Below are positions 25,957-33,933 of a DNA stretch of 44,753 nucleotides, in pieces. The translations under genes were made by a program, and so were the position numbers. Where the stretch lies: positions 1 through 44,753 of the forward strand of contig JBHLQC010000001.1 in the NCBI GenBank assembly GCA_048885185.1, given 5' to 3'. Each line of letters begins with the position of its first letter. Within the stretch, counting starts at the first letter, position 1. A model generated the notes under the pieces. It searched no databases and was not told where the DNA came from. It was given only the letters and a program-made list of their open reading frames with translations. The DNA is from Candidatus Odinarchaeota archaeon. Its GTDB lineage: Archaea; Asgardarchaeota; Hermodarchaeia; Hermodarchaeales; Hermodarchaeaceae.

Positions 25957-26033
25957 GGGCCGGTGGCCTAGCTTGGTAGGGCACTCGGCTGATAACCGAG
26001 AGGTCGCGGGTTCGAAGCCCGTCCGGCCCACCA
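25957..26033 (+). tRNA. tRNA-Ile(GAU), no intron, CCA encoded
   Basis: The structure reads GGGCCGG TG GCCT AGCTTGGTA GGGC A CTCGG CTGATAA CCGAG AGGTC GCGGG TTCGAAG CCCGT CCGGCCC A CCA. An oligo-T tract follows. Confidence 0.9.
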
Positions 26034-26122
26034 TTTTCCATTTTTCGAGATTAATTAATAACACACCTTCATCGAACACATGATAAGCTATTATGGTGAA
26101 GAGAAAATAGAATTCATGTGCG

Positions 26123-27088
26123 GTGAAAAATATGGAAGCCCGAAAACTACAACGTGTAGGAGCGTCATTTCTACTTTCAGTTCCAAAACAATGGGTGGAG
26201 GAACAAGGACTAAAGAAAGGTTCAATGATTTTGGTACATGAACGGGCAGATGGAATGCTTATCATCAATCCTAGACTTGAAGAGGAACCACTTCGACTCC
26301 GTAGTGTTATCTCTGATCCATCCAATGTTTCTCGAAACATACTTGCTTGTTATTTGGCTGGCAACGATGTGATTGAAGTTAATCTCGGAGAAGCGATGAC
26401 GCCCACCTTGAAGCGTGAAGTGAAAGGAATGGCTGAGTTCCTTGTCGGAGTTGAAATTATGGAAGAAGAAGCCTCCGGCATGACATTACAGTGTATGATT
26501 CCCAGGAGCATCGATTTACGGACCTACTTACGGAGAACCTATGGGATTGCAGCAAAGATGCATGAAGATGCGATTCATGCGTTTATCCGCAATGACCAAG
26601 AGCTGGCACAAGATGTTATTGACCGGGATCGAGAAGTAGATCGGTTGTATTTCTTGGTCGTCCGACAACTTCGGAAAGCAATAGCCTCACCAAGCGGTGA
26701 TTTACTGCTTTCTCCACTCAACCTCTTAGATTATCGACTGGTCGCAAAGGAAGTAGAAGCAATTGCTGATGGGTGTGCAAGCATAGCAGAACAAGTAGTC
26801 ACAGAAGGGTATATTTTCCCTCCACGACCGTTTTCACAAGTATTAACAAAACTCAGTGATCAAGTCTTACGCGCGCATCGAGAAGCAATTACAGCTGTCC
26901 TCCAACAGAATAGTACTCGAGCACGAAAGGTAATTGCACAGAAACAATCGATTTCTAAACTGGTTTTCGAACTTACTGAAGTGCTAGCGAGACAGGATTT
27001 GTCTGTTTTACCAGTGTTCGATCGGGTAATCCATAACGTGGAACGAATTTTTGAATCGAGTATTGACATAGCTGACCTTGTAATATAG
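26123..27088 (+). CDS. AbrB/SpoVT-domain plus PhoU-domain regulator, second paralogue
   Basis: 321 aa. The AbrB-type N-terminus is MEARKLQRVGASFLLSVPKQWVEEQGLKKGSMILV. A PhoU-like block follows (DVIDRDREVDRLYFLVVRQLRKA). The likely start is ATG 26132. Confidence 0.7.
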   Translation: MKNMEARKLQRVGASFLLSVPKQWVEEQGLKKGSMILVHERADGMLIINPRLEEEPLRLRSVISDPSNVSRNILACYLAGNDVIEVNLGEAMTPTLKREVKGMAEFLVGVEIMEEEASGMTLQCMIPRSIDLRTYLRRTYGIAAKMHEDAIHAFIRNDQELAQDVIDRDREVDRLYFLVVRQLRKAIASPSGDLLLSPLNLLDYRLVAKEVEAIADGCASIAEQVVTEGYIFPPRPFSQVLTKLSDQVLRAHREAITAVLQQNSTRARKVIAQKQSISKLVFELTEVLARQDLSVLPVFDRVIHNVERIFESSIDIADLVI

Positions 27089-27100
27089 CAGGAAAGGAAG

Positions 27101-27197
27101 TGGCGCGGAGTAAGGGATTTGAACCCTTGCGACCACGAAGGTCACTGGATGACTCGTTCATCTCGAGTCCAGCGCGTTACCGCTCCGCCAACTCCGC
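27101..27197 (-). tRNA. tRNA-Ser(CGA), class II, with an 11-nt canonical intron, CCA encoded
   Basis: The minus strand reads GCGGAGT TG GCGG AGCGGTAA CGC G CTGGA CTCGAG|ATGAACGAGTC|A TCCAG TGACCTTCGTGGTCGC AAGGG TTCAAAT CCCTT ACTCCGC G CCA. The intron lies at 27151-27161. It has a long variable arm and discriminator G73. Confidence 0.85.
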
Positions 27198-27317
27198 TAG
27201 CCTTTAATTATGATTTTCATTGCCCATAAACATTTTTTTCTCTTCTATTCGATTGCTGTTGTACCCAAACACTTTACTTAGAGGGAAGGCTCCCAAAACG
27301 CATTAGGGTGAACTCTA

Positions 27318-28166
27318 TTGGTCCTCTCCAAAGATGTCAAGACAATTCAACGTGAATATAAAATCATTGGTCGCCAAGACCTTATTACGCAATGTCTAGC
27401 ATCCGATAAGGCAGATAAACACATGCTCATCGAAGGCCCAGTCGGTGTAGGGAAAACCACAATCGCCTCTGCCATTACTAATTTCTTGGGACGTTCATTT
27501 TTCCGTGTTGATGGAGATGAACGCTATACCTCAGCAAAGCTAGTGGGATGGTTCGATCCACCTGTTGTACTCAAAAACGGATATACTCGTGACACCTTCG
27601 TTCCAGGTCCTCTTGTAGAAACAATGGAAACAGGTGGAGTACTTTTCATTAATGAAATTAATCGTATGCCAGAAGCAACACAGAATACACTTCTTCCTGT
27701 CATGGACGAGGGAACGTTACACGTTCCAAAGCTAGGCACTATAAAAGCAAAAAATGGATTCCGAATAATTGCTACCCAAAATCCTGAGGCCAGCGTAGGT
27801 GTGACACCACTAGGAGAAGCTCTACGAGATCGATACATCTGGCTCTATCTTGACTATCATACTGAAAGCGAAGAAAAAGAAATCGTTCACATTAATACTG
27901 GAGTTGAAGATAAGGAAATCGTAGAATTGGCTGTGGCTATCACCCGGGCAACACGTGATTACACAGATATTCGTCGCGGGGCTAGTGTCCGGGGTGCCAT
28001 CGATATTACAAGCCTATACACACAACTCCCTGGTGAAGGTTACGATGTGTGGGAGCAAGCAGCCATCATGTCACTTGTCCCGAAAATTGAACTACACGAT
28101 GACGCGCAGAAATCTGCAATCGAGGTTATCAAAACACTAGTTAAAGCAGTGTTAGCAAATTTTTAA
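27318..28166 (+). CDS. MoxR/CbbQ-like AAA+ ATPase (AAA_5)
   Basis: 282 aa with Walker A LIEGPVGVGKTT and Walker B VLFINEINR, plus FRIIATQNP and LRDRY, all typical of the MoxR/NorQ/CbbQ clade. Confidence 0.85.
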   Translation: MVLSKDVKTIQREYKIIGRQDLITQCLASDKADKHMLIEGPVGVGKTTIASAITNFLGRSFFRVDGDERYTSAKLVGWFDPPVVLKNGYTRDTFVPGPLVETMETGGVLFINEINRMPEATQNTLLPVMDEGTLHVPKLGTIKAKNGFRIIATQNPEASVGVTPLGEALRDRYIWLYLDYHTESEEKEIVHINTGVEDKEIVELAVAITRATRDYTDIRRGASVRGAIDITSLYTQLPGEGYDVWEQAAIMSLVPKIELHDDAQKSAIEVIKTLVKAVLANF

Positions 28167-28195
28167 TCGCCGAGGAGGCCCCAGCCTCCGATGAC

Positions 28196-29236
28196 GTGCC
28201 CATCGTTCTCTCTGGAACCATCTCAGATGAGAAACTATTCGAATCTGAAATCAGAGCCAATGGACGTGATTTCCAATACTACCTCCGTTTAGGTCGAACA
28301 TTCGATTATCCCACTGCAAAAGAAATGGCAGAACTTGCCATTGAACAAAGAAATGTTACTGCTTTACAAGCACTCGCTCAACTCCAACCTATTGCCACAA
28401 GCGAAGCTATTTCAAGCCAAGACGGTGTTCATCTGATTGCAAAGTCTGCTTATGAAGGGAATGTTGCTGCACCACTCCTCTACTTTCAACTCCGACACCA
28501 AATTCGTGGACAATACCGCCAGAAATTTCGTGAGCTGGCCCGTGCTACCATAATTCATTCAGCTCTAAGAATCAGTGGTCGTGGATTGCGTCCTGAAACT
28601 ATCAAAACGGTCCCTTTTTACCCAGGACTTGACGAATTTGACCTTGATGCAACTTTGGAAGAAACACTCCTAGAACCTGACTATGTGAATTATAATGAAA
28701 TCGTCGGTGTCGAACGAGTAGCACGGAAAAAAATTGGCACAATCATTTTAGATACCTCCGGATCCATGGCCGGTACAAAACTCCTTACAGCTGCTACAGC
28801 AGCTGCTGTTGCTGCATATCACTTACGTCATGACAAGTATGCCTTTATTGCCTTCAACACCGTTGCTAGCACTATCAAAACCATCGATCAATCCAGTACA
28901 ATAGATTCTATCGTTGATACCATCCTTGACACTGAACCTGCTGGCTACACCAACATTGCCGATGCTCTAAAAACTGCATATACTCAATACCAACGTGCTC
29001 ACCGGCAAGAATCTTGGGCTATCCTCATCACTGATGGCATCGCCAACCGAGGTGGACCACCAGAGCCCCACGCACGGAAATATCATAATCTCCATGTATT
29101 ACAAACACCAGGTACACATCCGCAAGGTGAAGAAACCTGTCAGCAGATTGCCCAGCTTGGTAAGGGACGCTATATCAAAGTCAACTCATACACAGAGGTA
29201 CCTCGTGCCCTTATGCGGCTCTTACGCCAAACGTGA
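28196..29236 (+). CDS. von Willebrand factor A (VWA) domain protein, MoxR partner
   Basis: 346 aa with the MIDAS motif ILDTSGSMAG...T...ILITDG in the C-terminal half. It lies immediately downstream of the MoxR ATPase. Confidence 0.8.
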   Translation: MPIVLSGTISDEKLFESEIRANGRDFQYYLRLGRTFDYPTAKEMAELAIEQRNVTALQALAQLQPIATSEAISSQDGVHLIAKSAYEGNVAAPLLYFQLRHQIRGQYRQKFRELARATIIHSALRISGRGLRPETIKTVPFYPGLDEFDLDATLEETLLEPDYVNYNEIVGVERVARKKIGTIILDTSGSMAGTKLLTAATAAAVAAYHLRHDKYAFIAFNTVASTIKTIDQSSTIDSIVDTILDTEPAGYTNIADALKTAYTQYQRAHRQESWAILITDGIANRGGPPEPHARKYHNLHVLQTPGTHPQGEETCQQIAQLGKGRYIKVNSYTEVPRALMRLLRQT

Positions 29237-29476
29237 CAGGACGTAGAACAGTACCGTTAAGAACACCCAAAATATTGCCATCAATGGACCGATTTCAGTT
29301 CCTGGGATTGGATACATAATTTTCACTAACAATGAATCCAGATTTGGTTACTTAAACACCACAAGAGTTTCGCACTATAGTAACGAAACAAAACTAAAGG
29401 GAGCGCTGCTCACACTAAGGCACAAAGCTTTTATCGACCACCACAGCTCTTCTCTACCGTTCTCATCCAAGTCCGC

Positions 29477-29554
29477 AGCGGGGTGGGGTAGCCAGGATAT
29501 CCCGCGGGGCTCATAACCCCGAGATCGGTTGTTCAAATCAGCCCCCCGCTACCA
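29477..29554 (+). tRNA. Initiator tRNA-Met(CAU), CCA encoded
   Basis: The structure reads AGCGGGG TG GGGT AGCCAGGATA TCCC G CGGGG CTCATAA CCCCG AGATC GGTTG TTCAAAT CAGCC CCCCGCT A CCA. The A1:U72 pair and three consecutive G:C pairs closing the anticodon stem are archaeal initiator hallmarks. Confidence 0.9.
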
Positions 29555-29731
29555 TTCTTTTTTCTATTAGAAGATTAAAATTATGAAGTGCAAAAAGTGC
29601 TGTTTAGATTTTCCAAATTTCAAAGAGTAGAAAAACTACCATTCCATCAAAATTAGAGTCCGAATACTCTTAAGACGTCTTGTCCTACTTTAACACGATC
29701 CTAGAGCTATACAACAGCAGGAACACCCCAA

Positions 29732-31474
29732 ATGATGTCAAAAAAGTCTAATCCCCAAGATAACAAATCTGATCATCAAAAGGATGAGATCTCTAAACGA
29801 TTTTCTCATATAGTCCAGACAATTAGAAATCGTTTAGCAGCAGAGCCGTTGGAAAACCACATTGCTATCCATTGGGAACCCTCACCAATTGTACTTGAAG
29901 GACCTCGATTTGGAGCCAGTTCTTATATTACTACAAATAATCGATCAATACTAGAACTCTCTGAAGAACTTCTTACAAATCGGATTGAATTTTTAGAACC
30001 AGTCCTTTGGCGTGAGGCATTCCTCATTCATTTACCCCGTATTATACGAGAAGTTCCTGAATCATCAGATCTGGGACTCTACTGTTACTATCGATACGGT
30101 TTAAGGACTTCAAAACAACGCCAAAAATTTCAACAATTATGGGAGAGTGTGTCCCCTCCACAAGGATACGAGTCCTATTATTATTACCCAGCTGCAGGGT
30201 TTTCCATTTTTGATAGAAGCGTTAATGGCACATTCCTTCAAATGGTCTTGGAATGGTTTGAACCATTCAAAGAATCATCCATCCAGATATCCTCTCAGAT
30301 GTTCACAGCCAATCTTGAAAGATGGATTTTCAACCACCATATCATCCTTCAACCCATTGAGTTGAAAATTCTTAGAGGGTTGAACGATTGTCTAAGTTGT
30401 ACACAAAAACAACTTGCTAAAATCTTAGATCTTCGCCAACCCACAGTAAGTCGCGTTATTAAATCACTTGCAAAGAAGCACCTTCTTCGATTTTTGGTGT
30501 ATGAAAACTATCCGGTATTAGGACTCTTACCCATAACAGTTCAATTCTCTTCTAACAATCTTGGAGTTATCAATTCAATCAAAAAAATTGCCAGAAAAAT
30601 TAGGTATACACTCATCATCCAAGAATTTGCTGACAGTATTTTCATCTCATTCGCTATCCCGAAGGAAAGAATCACACGGTTACGACAGTGGATAAAACAA
30701 GTATCCGCCAAGTATGATCTCCCTCCTCCAAAAATTTATTCTACAATAGAACGGGTAAATTCGAAGAACTTTGAAATTTATAATCAAGATGAAGGTGGTT
30801 GGCCCAACGATTATGAAACAATCCTTGAAAATATCTTCAGAATAATAAAGGAAGAATGGGCCCTCCACATCCCTCCTCTTAACGTCTTTAAGTATTCACT
30901 TTCACGTGCTACGAAATCTATAACACTTCAACCACAAGATTTCGTTTATATGCAGAGGGCAACAGAGGCATTTTTGGTAACAAGTCAAGCACGTTTTTAT
31001 GAATCACAAGAAGCACGAAAAGCAGGTTATCGAGAATCAGAACACATGACCTATAGACGCCGTGTAGAATTTCTAAACCAACACAACATAATGAGTCAAC
31101 CAATGGGAATAGCAATAATGCATATCGGATTAAATGATGCCGTGAATGTTTTTCTTGAAACACCCTATGATGAAACAAAAGCAATTATTTCAGCCTTTCA
31201 ATTGTTTCCATCTGTTGGTGCAAGGATTTATGACAACGGATCAGGAAGCATTATGATTCTTCTACCTAGTGGAACAGCAGTTTCAACCCAAACATCTTTA
31301 CGTGAATTTTTTGGAGAGCTGGGTTATCCTATTAAGATAGCTATCAGACCAGCATGGAAATCATTTGGTTGGGTAACTGGTAATCCTATTATTCCAAATA
31401 ACTATGATTTTGATAGGGAAAAATGGATTTGGACTAAAGACACTTTACCAACGCTATCATCTGATAATTGGTAA
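29732..31474 (+). CDS. Uncharacterised 580-aa protein: novel N-domain plus two Lrp/AsnC-like (HTH + RAM-like) modules
   Basis: It is a paralogue of 31899-33632. The HTH is ELKILRGLNDCLSCTQKQLAKILDLRQPTVSRVIKSLAKKHLLRF, followed by a beta-alpha-beta-like segment. A second, degenerate module lies at about aa 400-567. I could not match the N-terminal ~205 aa to any family. Confidence 0.6.
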   Translation: MMSKKSNPQDNKSDHQKDEISKRFSHIVQTIRNRLAAEPLENHIAIHWEPSPIVLEGPRFGASSYITTNNRSILELSEELLTNRIEFLEPVLWREAFLIHLPRIIREVPESSDLGLYCYYRYGLRTSKQRQKFQQLWESVSPPQGYESYYYYPAAGFSIFDRSVNGTFLQMVLEWFEPFKESSIQISSQMFTANLERWIFNHHIILQPIELKILRGLNDCLSCTQKQLAKILDLRQPTVSRVIKSLAKKHLLRFLVYENYPVLGLLPITVQFSSNNLGVINSIKKIARKIRYTLIIQEFADSIFISFAIPKERITRLRQWIKQVSAKYDLPPPKIYSTIERVNSKNFEIYNQDEGGWPNDYETILENIFRIIKEEWALHIPPLNVFKYSLSRATKSITLQPQDFVYMQRATEAFLVTSQARFYESQEARKAGYRESEHMTYRRRVEFLNQHNIMSQPMGIAIMHIGLNDAVNVFLETPYDETKAIISAFQLFPSVGARIYDNGSGSIMILLPSGTAVSTQTSLREFFGELGYPIKIAIRPAWKSFGWVTGNPIIPNNYDFDREKWIWTKDTLPTLSSDNW

Positions 31475-31602
31475 TATATAATCACCAAAAGTGACAAATC
31501 AGAATGTAAAAAAATGCCAATTTTGGTCTCTTTTTCATTCAAGTTTTTGTATTTTGGTTTAGGGCTTTTTATGGAATATCTCAACGATTAACTTAGCGAT
31601 TA

Positions 31603-31739
31603 ATGGAGGTAAATCCACCATGCAATGGCCCCCTGTTCGACCTGAACCAACCCCTTAGGTTATTAATTAGCCCCATTATGGAGTTAAATCCATAATACAA
31701 TGGCCCCCTATTCGACCTTATCCGGATCCTTAGATTCTA
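31603..31739 (+). repeat. Two-copy direct tandem repeat, 75-nt period
   Basis: Copy 1 starts at 31603: atggaggtaaatccaccatgcaatggccccctgttcgacct. Copy 2 starts at 31678: atggagttaaatccataatacaatggccccctattcgacct. My hand alignment gives 36/41 identical in the core and 48/62 over the extended alignment. Confidence 0.8.
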
Positions 31740-31796
31740 TAATTGTCAAATGAACTAATTGACACAATTTTTCTTGTTCCCGAAGTTAGATAATCT

Positions 31797-31834
31797 GGAA
31801 CCCGGGTTTTGGGTTCCTTCCTTTTTTCTTTTTC
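31797..31834 (+). terminator. Hairpin plus oligo-T tract (terminator-like)
   Basis: GGAACCC (31797-31803) pairs perfectly with GGGTTCC (31811-31817). The T-rich run ttccttttttctttttc follows. It sits about 325 nt after the upstream stop codon and 65 nt before the next start. Confidence 0.45.
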
Positions 31835-31898
31835 ATTGTAGTTGAATGGTTATCGGAAGGTAGAATTAGGTGATATCCTAAGATATTCAAAATAATCT

Positions 31899-33632
31899 GT
31901 GGATGAGTTGACCATTTCTCAGGTTAATTCCAATTCAATTTGGTCCCAGTTTCGGGTGTTACAGGAACGAATTGCAGCTTTAGTTAATGTAAAACCTTTA
32001 CCTCGAGTTCGTGATCGAATTACTCAATTACAATTTGCCCCAAAACGGTTGAAATTTGTAGAACCTCGATTTGGTACCACTGAAATACCCTCCGAGAAAG
32101 GATCTCGAAGTGGATGGACGGTTACTCTTTCAGAAGACCTCAAAATAGATTCTCCTCATATTTTATCATGGGTTTTGTGGCGAGAAGCATTTCTCAGCTA
32201 TCTTGTGCCTAATATACGTCAAATTCCGGAAACCGCGGACTTGGGCCTTTATGCAGGTTTAAAATTCGGTGAATATAGCATAGAAGAAAAGAAACTTCTT
32301 TCAGAATTGTGGAGTCGTGTGTCCCCAACACAATACTATTTGTATTACAACTATGATGCGCCTTTCGGGTTTCCCATATTCGACCAAGTGGTTAGCGACT
32401 CCTTCCTTCATCGCGTCCTACTCTGGCTGAACTCTATGCGCCTAAGCAGCTTCCAACCGATCTCTTCCTCCACCTATACCGAGGCCTTAGAGAGATGGAT
32501 GCAGGAAACCCATAACCCCTTAACAAAAACCGAAGTACGAATTCTCAACGCACTTTGTACAATTGAACAGTTCTCTCAGAGCCAATTAGCCAAGAAATTA
32601 AATCTTAGCGATTCCGCAATCAGCCAAGCTCTCAACAGATTATCTCGAAGACACCTGCTCAGGATTTTTTCATTCATCAATCTTCCTTTAATGGGACTAA
32701 TTCCTTTAGAAGTTAAACTTCAAGTTATAGATAGGATACAAAAAAGACGAATTACCACATTACTATCAAAAATCCAATATATTGACTTCATCATCGATAC
32801 CAACCAATTCTTGATATCTAGATTCGTAATACCTCACAATCGTGTAGACGAATTTAAGAACTGGATTTTCAAATTTGCATCTAAAGAAAATCTACCTACA
32901 ATCGATGTGTACCAGGATATGTGTCAACTTTTCCATTGGAATTTTAATACGTATATTCCAGAAAAGGGGTGGCCCACCGATTTTACAGTTCAACTAAATC
33001 ATTTTCAATCATCAATACTTGGAAATCAAGATTCCAGTGAACCACCACTGAAAAGCCACAGCTACTCCTATGATCTCCTCCTTAATGACCAACAAACCTT
33101 CCCAATTAAGCTACGTCAAGAAGATTTTACTTACTTCAGACGCTCATCAGAAATCTTTCGAACAACAGAACGTGTAACACCAAGGCCATCACAAGAGGTT
33201 CGCAAAGCTGGTCTCTTAGAAACAACTCACATGAGCTATCGAAGACGTGTACAAAAACTCGAAAATCAACAAATCAGCATCATGGGAGGATTTTGGTTAC
33301 AGCACATTAATCTCGATACAATGGTTCATCTCCTTATCTTTGAACCTTGGGAGACATCCGAGCAAATAATGAGAGCATTGCAATTATTCCCATTTATTAA
33401 TGGAAGAATCTTAGAAAACGGAAATGGATATGTCCTCATCCAGATACCAAATCAAAATGCTGTTGATACACTTTCTACACTGAGAGAAACCATCGTTGGA
33501 ATGGGGATAGACGTACACATCAGTATTAATCCTGCATGGCAGACCTTAACGGACTTTGAACCACCCTTAAGGTCTTCGAATTATGATTTTAAAAACAGCG
33601 AATGGAAATGGGATGCTCACACTTTACCATAA
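31899..33632 (+). CDS. Uncharacterised 577-aa protein, tandem paralogue of 29732-31474
   Basis: Blocks shared with the paralogue: EPRFG, VLWREAFL, PE..DLGLY, LW..VSP.Q, F.IFD, ALERW. The HTH is EVRILNALCTIEQFSQSQLAKKLNLSDSAISQALNRLSRRHLLRI. It also shares MSYRRRVQKLE and the C-terminal NYDFKNSEWKW. The start codon is GTG. Confidence 0.6.
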   Translation: MDELTISQVNSNSIWSQFRVLQERIAALVNVKPLPRVRDRITQLQFAPKRLKFVEPRFGTTEIPSEKGSRSGWTVTLSEDLKIDSPHILSWVLWREAFLSYLVPNIRQIPETADLGLYAGLKFGEYSIEEKKLLSELWSRVSPTQYYLYYNYDAPFGFPIFDQVVSDSFLHRVLLWLNSMRLSSFQPISSSTYTEALERWMQETHNPLTKTEVRILNALCTIEQFSQSQLAKKLNLSDSAISQALNRLSRRHLLRIFSFINLPLMGLIPLEVKLQVIDRIQKRRITTLLSKIQYIDFIIDTNQFLISRFVIPHNRVDEFKNWIFKFASKENLPTIDVYQDMCQLFHWNFNTYIPEKGWPTDFTVQLNHFQSSILGNQDSSEPPLKSHSYSYDLLLNDQQTFPIKLRQEDFTYFRRSSEIFRTTERVTPRPSQEVRKAGLLETTHMSYRRRVQKLENQQISIMGGFWLQHINLDTMVHLLIFEPWETSEQIMRALQLFPFINGRILENGNGYVLIQIPNQNAVDTLSTLRETIVGMGIDVHISINPAWQTLTDFEPPLRSSNYDFKNSEWKWDAHTLP

Positions 33633-33653
33633 TTTCCCCATTAAAAAAAGGGT

Positions 33654-33671
33654 GAAGGCAATAATGCCTTC
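33654..33671 (+). terminator. Perfect 7-bp hairpin just downstream of the 577-aa gene
   Basis: GAAGGCA ataa TGCCTTC lies 22 nt after the stop and is preceded by an A-run. No strong T-tract follows, so a terminator role is uncertain. Confidence 0.35.
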
Positions 33672-33933
33672 AAATTACAAGCCTGGAGTGGGACGAATTC
33701 GTGGATAACTCATTTATTGGATACCTCCAACAATTTTGATGTTTAATGAATAAGTTTTGGAATCCTCTTTAAACCAAAAAAACCACATGCAAAAAATGGT
33801 TCAATTTTTGTCAATCTTTGTGAATTTTTTCTAGAGGCTAGAACTGAAATGAGCGTTGATTTTCAATGATAGTCATATTTACAACCGAATTTTAGAAAAG
33901 CAATAATGACATAGGCTTGTTTGGCGAACGAGT

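Noticed and set aside
25713-26340. Three overlapping minus-strand ORFs (67, 93 and 129 aa)
   Set aside because: They run antisense through tRNA-Ala, tRNA-Ile and the start of the AbrB/PhoU gene. These are shadow ORFs.
29222-29317. 31-codon minus-strand ORF MYPIPGTEIGPLMAIFWVFLTVLFYVLSRLA overlapping the VWA gene end
   Set aside because: Same reasoning as above. It is hydrophobic and plausible but unsupported, and it overlaps the 3' end of a confident CDS.
29477-33933. Possible integrated element using initiator tRNA-Met as attachment site
   Set aside because: I found no integrase or recombinase ORF and could not spot a repeat of the tRNA 3' end downstream. The accessory-region impression rests only on long spacers and unknown genes.
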